64,000 nt of DNA, from positions 124,001 through 188,000 of IMG/VR virus record IMGVR_UViG_3300026484_000087; one strand, given 5' to 3'. How positions within the stretch are numbered: the first letter of the stretch is position 1; every line of letters begins with the position of its first letter. Shown here one piece after another: positions 10,673 through 19,900 of this stretch. The position numbers and the translations under genes were made by a program. A model generated the notes under the pieces. The model saw only the letters and a program-made list of their open reading frames with translations. It was not told where the DNA came from and did not search any database.

Positions 10673-11986
10673 ATGATGAACAAAACATTTAAAAGAATAA
10701 AATCAGTTAATGGTAACTATAACTTTAATCTATTAGCTTTACCAGATACAAAAGCATTTAAGATAGAAGTGGTTTTTGATTATGGAGCTAACCTAGAAAG
10801 ACATTACTATAATAAATATGGTAAAAAGGTTTATGGTATAAGTCATTTAACAGAACACTTGTGTTTTAAATCTCCAGTAGGATACAGTAGTGATGCATTA
10901 TTGGCTGAACTTAAGAAAAAAGGTAATCGTAATGCTAGTACAGGCAGTACACATATTAATTATTTCTTTAAATCTATAATGGAGAACATGGAGTTTGGTA
11001 TAGATGCTGTTGTTAAAATAGCATTTAATGATTTTAGTAGAATTACCGATGAGGAATTTGAATCTGAAAAGAATGTTGTTATTTCTGAGGTAGGTAGATA
11101 TTGGGATGATAAGCAAACTATGTTTTCTTTAAATACTAAGAATACTTTATTAGGGTTAGATAAAGATGATAATATTCTTGGTAGTGTGGATATACTTAAA
11201 GAAGTAACTCTTGATGACTGTAAAAAAATAAGAGCATTAACATTACAAGAAGCTAAAGTATGGTTTAATATTACTTATGATCCTTTAGAACATGTTGATG
11301 AAGATGATATAATTGAATGCATAGAAAGAACATTAGATGATATTAACTTAGTAAAGCAAGACGTTAATATAGGTAGATATGAATATTATAAACCCTTAAA
11401 ATTAATAAAAGAACCGTTAACTATCCCATCTGAAGCAGATAGAACTATTATAAATATGATATTTGAAACGGATACGAATATATTTGTTAGAGGATTAATA
11501 AACAATTATATAGCTAGTCTTGCCAATGAAACATCTTTATATAATATTATAAGAGATAAACATGGACTTACATATGGTGTAACCTTTGGTAAAGATGATA
11601 TAATGAATATTGATCACACCAGACTAATTGTTGATGTTGAACCAGATAAGGTAGATCTTACATTAGAACTTATAGAGGAATCTATAGTTAAGAGTACAGA
11701 GAAGTTTACCAGAGAAATATTTAATGATCTTTTAGACAATAGACATCTAATGACTACTATGACTAGATGCGATCCAAGAACTTATGAGTATCTTTACGGT
11801 GTTGAAATAGACCATGAAGAGTTACTTAAACCGTTTGATGATGTTTTGGAAGATAATATTTCATCAATAGATGAGATTTTAGATATGAAATATCTTACGT
11901 ATGAGGCAGCTAAAGAATATCTCGTGGATTTATCTAATATTATTATAGATAAAACATATTCTGTGGTTATGAGTGAGAAAAAATAA
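10673..11986 (+). CDS. M16 family (insulinase-like) zinc peptidase
   Basis: GISHLTEHLCF (HxxEH), NASTG, EKNVVISE and IRDKHGLTYGV motifs. Confidence 0.9.
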   Translation: MMNKTFKRIKSVNGNYNFNLLALPDTKAFKIEVVFDYGANLERHYYNKYGKKVYGISHLTEHLCFKSPVGYSSDALLAELKKKGNRNASTGSTHINYFFKSIMENMEFGIDAVVKIAFNDFSRITDEEFESEKNVVISEVGRYWDDKQTMFSLNTKNTLLGLDKDDNILGSVDILKEVTLDDCKKIRALTLQEAKVWFNITYDPLEHVDEDDIIECIERTLDDINLVKQDVNIGRYEYYKPLKLIKEPLTIPSEADRTIINMIFETDTNIFVRGLINNYIASLANETSLYNIIRDKHGLTYGVTFGKDDIMNIDHTRLIVDVEPDKVDLTLELIEESIVKSTEKFTREIFNDLLDNRHLMTTMTRCDPRTYEYLYGVEIDHEELLKPFDDVLEDNISSIDEILDMKYLTYEAAKEYLVDLSNIIIDKTYSVVMSEKK

Positions 11987-11990
11987 AAAA

Positions 11991-12026
11991 AAGTATATAG
12001 TATAGCGAGAGCTATACTATATACTT
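11991..12026. terminator. hairpin between convergent genes
   Basis: AAGTATATAGTATAGC-GAGA-GCTATACTATATACTT. Confidence 0.7.
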
Positions 12027-12558
12027 AACATATGCCAAGTAAAGTATTTAACTCTACCTCGTTTGATTCCACACTTACAATATAATGTAATTGTCTTGGG
12101 TTAACATCTTTATTTTCCTCATAGAACTTAACTATAGCCTTATGCAAATCAGTTGTACCTTTTAGCTCATCTAAACTATTAGTATAATCATTCTGCTCAC
12201 CAGTTAAGGGTAGTTGTCTATACTTTTTAGTATATGCACAATCATCTACAATATTTACTACATTTGTTTCCCCTCTACGCATAACTTTGCCCTTTTCGGT
12301 AGTCATCTTATGCCAATCAGGTCCCTGAATCTTAACATTAGTTAAAGTTTCCATTTCTGAATTGTCCAATTTAAAAGGTTTCTTACTTTCAACGATAGCA
12401 ACAATTAAGTCATAATCTATGTTCTTATGTAATCTGATCATAGAATTATCAGATAGTTTAGAAGCTATTTCTTCACTATCGATATTTTCTAAAGGATAAC
12501 CATTAAAATTAATACCTAAGTTTTCATGATGTATAATTAGTTCTTTTAGTCCTGCCAT
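12025..12558 (-). CDS. hypothetical protein
   Basis: 177-aa ORF with RBS in a tightly packed operon. Confidence 0.7.
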   Translation of the reverse strand: MAGLKELIIHHENLGINFNGYPLENIDSEEIASKLSDNSMIRLHKNIDYDLIVAIVESKKPFKLDNSEMETLTNVKIQGPDWHKMTTEKGKVMRRGETNVVNIVDDCAYTKKYRQLPLTGEQNDYTNSLDELKGTTDLHKAIVKFYEENKDVNPRQLHYIVSVESNEVELNTLLGIC

Positions 12559-12561
12559 ACT

Positions 12562-12993
12562 TTACTCCTCATCTTCGCAATTATAACCTTCATTTACAAT
12601 ATGAAATTTCATATTACCATCAGCAACACCCCATTCTTCATTGATAGGTCTGCTATCGGTACAACCTGCATCAATGGTTCTGTATTGATTATATAATCCA
12701 AACTCATGATAGTATTTATTATTATCCTTATCTACAAGTATTACTCCTGTTTCTAATACTTCTGCCATTTCATCCGCATCTTTTAAAATTATTTCATCTT
12801 TAACTTCCATCTCTTTTACAGTATTATAGATATTACTGTCCTTAGGTAAATAGTCTAAGATAATATCTTTTTCTAAAGCTACTATTTCAGGATTTGTTCT
12901 CATTACATATTCTTCAACCAGTTCAGAATCATGATACTCTGCATTATTATATCTTTCTAAGATATCCATTTTTAAATCTTCTCTAACACTCAT
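12562..12993 (-). CDS. hypothetical acidic protein
   Basis: 143-aa ORF, AAGGA RBS. Confidence 0.7.
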   Translation of the reverse strand: MSVREDLKMDILERYNNAEYHDSELVEEYVMRTNPEIVALEKDIILDYLPKDSNIYNTVKEMEVKDEIILKDADEMAEVLETGVILVDKDNNKYYHEFGLYNQYRTIDAGCTDSRPINEEWGVADGNMKFHIVNEGYNCEDEE

Positions 12994-13026
12994 TTTAATC
13001 CTTTATATATACATGATTGAGAATCC

Positions 13027-13515
13027 TCAGTCTGTTCTCCAATTAGTTATGAAAGATGAAAACATTCCACCATTTGCTACAATGATATCCAACATACGTT
13101 TTATTTCAATAACAATTGTACATTTTTTCATTATATCCTTTCTATAGCCAATTGAATAATCTGTTACAATAGTATCCTGCATTAATGCTTGATTGTATAT
13201 TGGAGCCTGTACGGACGCTGCATGTACGTACAATTCAAATGGTGTTGCTTTACATACGTCTATTAAGAATCTTTCACCACCATTGCCATTTTTATCTTTC
13301 TTATATTCTTCCTTTAATTTATAGTTATTGTCAAAGATTCTACTTAATTTATTATCAGAAGCAATAAAATCTTTAACTTCCTCTAGATCTATAAAATCAA
13401 CTACAGTTCTACCACAACAATTGCATTTAATAAATGATTCAGTACTAATAGGGTTATTGATGCCCTCTTCACTTATATCATCACTACAACATACTGGACA
13501 TACTAAATATTTCAT
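13027..13515 (-). CDS. hypothetical protein with N-terminal Zn ribbon
   Basis: CPVC...CNCC; AAGGA RBS. Confidence 0.65.
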   Translation of the reverse strand: MKYLVCPVCCSDDISEEGINNPISTESFIKCNCCGRTVVDFIDLEEVKDFIASDNKLSRIFDNNYKLKEEYKKDKNGNGGERFLIDVCKATPFELYVHAASVQAPIYNQALMQDTIVTDYSIGYRKDIMKKCTIVIEIKRMLDIIVANGGMFSSFITNWRTD

Positions 13516-13517
13516 GT

Positions 13518-13574
13518 TTATTTCCTTGCTTTTGCTAATTTTTTCTTAAACTTACGTTTACCAATAAGTCCCAT
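13518..13574 (-). CDS. 18-aa basic micropeptide MGLIGKRKFKKKLAKARK
   Basis: GGAG RBS; fills the gap between neighbouring genes; not in the ORF track. Confidence 0.45.
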   Translation of the reverse strand: MGLIGKRKFKKKLAKARK

Positions 13575-13579
13575 TATAA

Positions 13580-13939
13580 CTACTCTCCTTTTTCAATAGA
13601 CAAATTCTTTTTTGATTTTGTAGTAGGTCCCTTTTTAGAAAACATATATAAATTAGGTTTTGATCTTAGTGTTCTAATTTCACTTTTAGTATACCATACT
13701 GTATTGTAAAAATAACTCCAATTCATTTCTACCCACTTTATTTTCTTCTTAGTACTATAACCGCCTAATAAACCTTTCTTTTTACTTAGTTTAATTGGAA
13801 CTATCTTAGAGTCAATCTGATATAATGTTTTACCGTTTAGTAAACGTTTAAGATTCTTAAAAATTCTTTCATTTTCAGTTAAGACGGATGGTACTCTAAC
13901 TGCTGATCTATCTATCTCTGTTATAAGTATCTTAGACAT
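13580..13939 (-). CDS. hypothetical basic protein
   Basis: 119 aa; start overlaps the upstream stop codon. Confidence 0.65.
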   Translation of the reverse strand: MSKILITEIDRSAVRVPSVLTENERIFKNLKRLLNGKTLYQIDSKIVPIKLSKKKGLLGGYSTKKKIKWVEMNWSYFYNTVWYTKSEIRTLRSKPNLYMFSKKGPTTKSKKNLSIEKGE

Positions 13940-14481
13940 TACGAACTCAATCCATCATGACTATCATAAACTATATCTTTAAATTCTGGATCAGTTGCTA
14001 TCTGTACGTGTCGATCATCTTCAATCTGACATGGTTCTAATTCTATTTTAATCTTGCTATCAGAATTAATTTCATTATCCAATTTAAGAATGTCTAATTG
14101 TACAAGCAATGCTTCAGTATTCTTAACGTACGTTATGTCATCACCATGTATGAACATACTGGTGTTTTTAACATCATGACCTAATACAAAGATCTTCTTC
14201 AACTTACCTTGTCTTAATCTTGCAGTAGCATATCCTAATTCATAGAACATCCCAACGCCTCTAATGTCGTTATAGAACATAATAAATACATCACTATTAT
14301 CGATGGCTTCAATATCTTCCATAGCTTGTTTCTTACAAACTTCAGCATGTTCGCTAAATGGTTTACAGCCTAAATGTTTAGTCCAATCAATACTGCATTC
14401 ATGACCATTCTCTTCTAATGTTTCTTTCAAGACATGAAATACTGATGTGTCCTGAAACTTAGTTGCTAAATAAAACTTCAT
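13939..14481 (-). CDS. nucleoside 2-deoxyribosyltransferase-like protein
   Basis: KFYLA, DIEAIDNSDVFI and GMFYELGYA motifs. Confidence 0.75.
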   Translation of the reverse strand: MKFYLATKFQDTSVFHVLKETLEENGHECSIDWTKHLGCKPFSEHAEVCKKQAMEDIEAIDNSDVFIMFYNDIRGVGMFYELGYATARLRQGKLKKIFVLGHDVKNTSMFIHGDDITYVKNTEALLVQLDILKLDNEINSDSKIKIELEPCQIEDDRHVQIATDPEFKDIVYDSHDGLSS

Positions 14482-14504
14482 CTTCTTTTCCTTAAATGTT
14501 ATTT

Positions 14505-14556
14505 GATACTACCAAGTATCTAATTAAATAATATATAATTAAATAAAAATAGAAAG
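14505..14556 (-). promoter_or_regulatory. putative early promoter plus 5' hairpin
   Basis: TATATATTATTTAATTA-GATAC-TTGGTA-GTATC; recurs at 34189, 43516 and 51333. Confidence 0.6.
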
Positions 14557-14575
14557 TCAGTAAGGAAATTAATCC

Positions 14576-14742
14576 TTACCAACTTAATGTCTTTGTAACC
14601 ACATCAATAACTGTATTACTACATGAATATGTTAAGGTACCCTCTGGGGTTATATAGAAACTTCTTTTACCTAGAGCTTCATTTATTTCCTTTATAGATT
14701 CTTCTGTATATAAAACAGTATAACTACATTTATCTCCATCAA
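14576..14742 (-). CDS. virion RNAP beta'-like subunit, exon 2 (FDGDKCSYTVLY...KTLSW)
   Basis: Joining 15409 to 14742 gives GCA GAT T|TT GAT GGA GAT = ADFDGD; 55 codons in frame to TAA. Confidence 0.92.
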
Positions 14743-15408
14743 CGTTGCCTTCACATAGGTCGTTACTCTATGCAGTTCTCTTATGAACTTCCCCAGCTTC
14801 CACTGGGAGACGAGACTATATCATGTTCTTCTGACACCATATCAGTAAGAACCAAACCACTTCGATTTAAGCACTAGGTACGTGCACCCACTTGGGCCCT
14901 ACTCCCCGCTACAGGATAGTCGTTGAACATTACCCATATTATATATATATATATAGTAACTTAGGGTCTTAGCTGCTAAAGGGAACCTTAGGTTCCACGG
15001 TTGCCTATTATACTATTATAGTGCTGATATTTATAAACGTTTAGTTGGTTACTCTAAACTGAAATATCGAGGCTATATTAATATTGATCACTTAAGATCA
15101 TCCATACAAGATACATTATTATATCCCAGTAGTTTTGCAACTACTCTTGTTAAACCGTCATAGACTAGTTTCCTGTCTATTGTGGTGGTACAGCTTTAAG
15201 GTTTTCCAGCAATTCAATTTGTTATTCGACATGCTTCTCAGCATGAAGGATCAATTTATTTTTTAACTTAAATTTAACAACATCTTTTGGCCTTTTCTAT
15301 AAAGGCGTTAGTTTTTGTTGTTTTTATTTTAAATCCTATTAGTTTATATGTATAATTAATATATGTTTACTATCTATTTCATCCTAATAGTACCAGTAAA
15401 AAAAAATT
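14743..15408 (-). mobile_element. group I self-splicing intron (IA2-like), 666 nt, no intact ORF
   Basis: Exon ends in U and intron ends in G; P AATTGCTGGAAA (~15203-15214), Q TAGCAGCTAAG, R GTTCAACGACTA (14917-14928), S TGATATAGTC (14814-14823); P1 has a U-G pair at the splice site; P8 and P9 hairpins present. Confidence 0.93.
15274..15327 (-). pseudogene. probable relic of a homing-endonuclease gene in the intron P1 loop
   Basis: AGGA RBS, then ATA in place of ATG, then KTTKTNAFIEKAKRCC*. Confidence 0.4.
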
Positions 15409-16858
15409 AATCTGCTCCTAATCTATCCAGTTTTGAAAAATGGGGACTTAAGGAATTGAAATATGCCTCCGTTAATATAGGATACTCATATACTTTATCT
15501 TCTTCCTCCCAATCAAAACCAAGGATACTAACTGTTCTGGCTTTAACTGTCGTTTTAAGATAAGGTATGCTTGGATATATACCACCTAAACCAGCAACGG
15601 GGTATCTAGTTAAGAAACCAGGATATTTTTTAACATCTTTATATATTGCTAGATATATAAGCTCAGCATATGTTATTGGTCTAAGGTATCTTTTATCTAC
15701 ATCGTCTGGTATATCTAAAGTATTCTTTATAAGTTTTACTTTTTTACCATCATCATAGATAAGGGCAAGATAATAACCCTCAACTTCTATAGGTTCAGAT
15801 CTAAGTTCATCTTGTGCTAATTTATTTATAACACTATTAAGACCTTCATCAGATGTCCACATATCCTTAGTTTTTGGTTTTATATCAACGTTAACAGTTG
15901 TTAAGGTTTTCTTATCAACTAATCTGGCAGTATTGCTATGGATATCAAATACGTCACCAAGTATCTTTAAATTTAATTGGTACTTAGTTATAGGGTTAAT
16001 AGCCTTAGAATATTGGTATAAACCTATAACGGTATTATTAAAAGATATTCTATTCTCACTGTTAGTTAAATCATGTATTACCGATGGTATTGGCGTAATT
16101 ACATTTCTAGTAGAATCTCTTATTGCCCTTTTAGTCCATTTGTTCTGTATGAACTTTTTCTTTCCATCCATCAAAGATATAAAATGATCATATATTTCAG
16201 TTATGATAGTTTGTATTCTAAATCTTATAGGATCTAATATCGTAGCATCATTAGATGATGTAGATATATTCTCAAGAGCATTTGTTGTAGTTAGTAGCTT
16301 TCTATAGATAGCGTTAACTTCATCTTCACTTGGTTTACCTGCATCATCTACTATATAATCTCTCAAACCAGCTGGAAGTACTAAAAATCTATCTATTAAA
16401 ATATCTTGACTTTTATATTTCTTAATAAGTTTAATTTTAAATTCCCTAGCATCACTATTTCTAGTTTCTAATTTAAGTTTATCATATTTAGACATAAAGA
16501 ATTCAAAACCTGTTTCACCGTCATTAGCATTTGAGAGAACAAAATCAGAACTTTTACTATCCCACTTGGCAAAAGCTTTGCCTGACATAATGTCTGAGTA
16601 TAGTTTTTTTAAGCTAGCTATATGTTTATATATTAAAGGGTGTAATACTTTTATATGTAAATTTACATAACCGAATCTTTTATTTCTTTCTTCACTTCCA
16701 ACTCTACCAAATATTTCAGTAGAGAATAATCCATCTGGATTGAAGTTTTTACTAGATGATTCGAAGATGCTAAGATCTTTAACTTCACCTATCATTTTTA
16801 TTTGGTCTCTATTAAGTATTAATAAATCTATATTAAAAGGTTCCATTTTTTCTAACAT
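15409..16858 (-). CDS. virion RNAP beta'-like subunit (phiKZ gp180-like), exon 1; spliced product 538 aa
   Basis: PDGLFSTEIFG, VLPAGLRD, TRNVIT and TRYPV motifs; ORF stops at RLGAD inside the catalytic motif. Confidence 0.93.
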
Positions 16859-16933
16859 CGCTTTTCCTTTGATAAATATTTTGAATGTTCAATTAAACTA
16901 CAAGAGTATAATAAATTATATAAAGGATAAACT

Positions 16934-19900
16934 ATGGCTGATGATACAGAAATCGACTTAGATGACGATATAGGATTAGATGACGATGATATGGATTTCG
17001 GTTTCGAGGATCCTTTTTCTGAGCCCCCTCCTCCTAAGGATACTAGAGAAGCTGTTAGTAGAAGCATAAGTAAAGTTGGTAGTAGCTTCATGGATGAATT
17101 TACCGATGATAAAGTTGAAGTTGCTTCTGAAATGGTTAAAGCAAGTATTCCTAAAAGATTATCTACAGAAGCTAGCGGGTATGGATCAGTTGTAGACTCT
17201 TTTAAAAAGGATTTAAATACATCTGGTACAGAGATAAAGAATGCTGCTATACCTATGATAAAAGCAGTAGAATCATTTGTTCCAGAAGGAGGTCGTTTAG
17301 AATCGTTTATGAACCTAGCTAAAGAAAAGTTAGGTATGAATGAAGAAGAACGTACAAGTGAAGATATTGCAGCTGATGCAGCTGCTAGGGCTGCTGGTTC
17401 GGTAGCAGAAGTACTTGGAGAATTTCAGGATAAAGAAACGGCTAAGGATGCTATCAATTCCGTAATACAAAATAAGAAAGATCTTTCTAATATAGAACTA
17501 CAAGCTGGAATGGCCGGGCATCTTGAAGCAATGTCTAATTTTAACATAGATGTAACTAATGCATATTATAGAAAATCTTTAGAGTTACAATATAGACATT
17601 TATTTACTGCTAATGAGCAATTGGATATAACTAAACAAGGTTTTGAAACATTTAAGAACCAATTAGAATCTATTGTTGCTAATAGTGCTTTACCGGATTT
17701 AGTTAAAACTAAAAATTCTGAGTTTATGAAGCACAGACTATTAGAAAGAGCTGGAGAGAGTCTATTTGCTAGAACAGGGGTATTTGATAGTCTTAAAAAG
17801 AAATTAAGTGCTGAAGTACAAGGTGTAACTAGTATCATAGCTAATGGTATGACCGGTTTAGGTGATGCTGCAGATATGGTTAAATCTACTGCCGAAATGT
17901 CTGAGATGGCTGGGGGTAAAGAGGGCATGCTTGGTAGCCTTATGGCTGGTGGAGTTAAGGGCTTTGTTGGTAATAAGATAGGCGACATATTCGGTAAAAC
18001 TGCTATAGGCAAAAAAGGTATAGATTTAGTTAAAGATTTAACTATGGATATGTCCGGTACTTTTGACAATTTAGCAGAAAATAGAGAAGACGGATTGCTT
18101 AAGAATATATTTAGTGGTCTAAGTAGCTTTACATCTAATGAAGATGAAGAGCGTTCGTTTGGTATAAATAAAATAGATAGAGATGGAGTTGCATTATTTG
18201 ATGGTAAAGTACATACGTCTATAACTAAAATAATACCATCTTTATTATCTAAGATACTTAAAGAAGTAAGTTCTAGTAGATCAGGTAATGAGGAAGAAGA
18301 ACTTAGATTTGATTATGATACAGGTTCTTTTAAAACAAAATCAGATATATCTGATAACTTAACAACAAAGCTGGATAATAAGCTTTTGGATTCTGGTACA
18401 ACATTTAGTATCGATAGAATATTAAACGATATAGATAAAGAAATAAAACTTAATCTATCTGAAGAAGAATTAGCAGACATTAAAGAAAATATTTTAATGT
18501 ATACTATAAATGGTAAATCTTTAAATCCTAAAACTCTAGAGAAAAATGGTTTTTACGACGATCTTAATCCAGAGTTGGCAGATAAATTCAAAACAGCTAT
18601 AGATAAATACCTAAATGTTGAGGACGATAAATTAAGAGATACTAGGGTTAGTTTCCTTAATAAAGAATTAAATAACATTAAAACAAATGCTCCAAGTCCA
18701 CAAGATATACTTGAAAGCTATGATTCATCTGGAAGTATGGATGTTCTGGTAGATAAAGGCTTTGTTAAACTTGATGAGAAAACAGGTGACTATAAATTAG
18801 ATAAGGATAATTATAGAGAGTTACTTGGTAAGTCTGTTAGAAACATTAAGGATAAAGAAGAAGTAAAAGATAAAGAGTATAAATCTTTTGCTGAAAAGTT
18901 ACTAGCTGATAAAATGAAGAAAGCTGGAATATCTAAGGACGAAGAATCTGTTACAAATGAACCATCTAGTAATACAGGTAAGTTCTTTAAGGGTATTGCC
19001 ACAAGTGTAAAAGGGTTTAGTACAAATCTTGAACAAAATGCTATAGATCTAGTAGATGGCAAAAAAGATATAAGTGGTAAAATATCTGAATTAGGTAAGG
19101 GTACAAAAGAGTACATCACTGGCAAAAAAGATTTATCAAATCTTAGTTTTAGTACAGAAGCCAGCGATGACTTTAATCCATTAGCACCTATAAAAGTTAA
19201 GAGGTCTTTACTTACCGATTTTAAAACTGGTAAGGATTTTGTTAGTGGAATACATTCTATATCTGATGTTAAAAATATACTGGAATCTACTGATAAATAT
19301 AAAACAATAGAAAGTAAAATAAAAGCTGTTAAGAAATTGGCAGAAGAATCGGAAAATCCTAAAGAGTTTGTAGAATCTTTTAGGAAAACTGATGAATATA
19401 AAAAACTATCAACTAGCGGTAAAGCAGCGATAGATAAAGTTAGTGGTACTATAAGTACTGTTGGAAAAGCCATTAAGGAAGATGTAGAAAATACAAAAAC
19501 TTTTAAAACAGCTGAAACGGCAGTTACTAGAGGTAAGAAATTAGCATCTGATGTTGTTAATAGTAAGCCAATTAAAAAGATAACTGAATCTAAGATAGTT
19601 ACAAATGCTATTGAAGACTTAGATGGAATAAAAACTAAAGTTACTAATTTAGCTAATCTATCAGATATGTCTACAGTTGTAGAAGAGTTATGGGTAAAAG
19701 TTGAAAGTAAAATAGAAGAGCTAGAAGCATTAGATAAAAATGATGTTATAAATAAAAGAATAGAAGCTCTTAGAAATTTATCTTCAGATATAGAAAAATT
19801 TGAAGTAGATGAAAATAATATAAATGAAAGTAGAAAAACAGTATTAGGTTTTATAAGTACTTTAAGTAAATTACTATCAACAGCTATTGCCACGGATGTT

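Noticed and set aside
15407-15409. RNAP beta'-like gene as a truncated pseudogene or a stop-codon recoding case
   Set aside because: The TAA spans the exon-intron boundary, and other long genes read normally in the standard code
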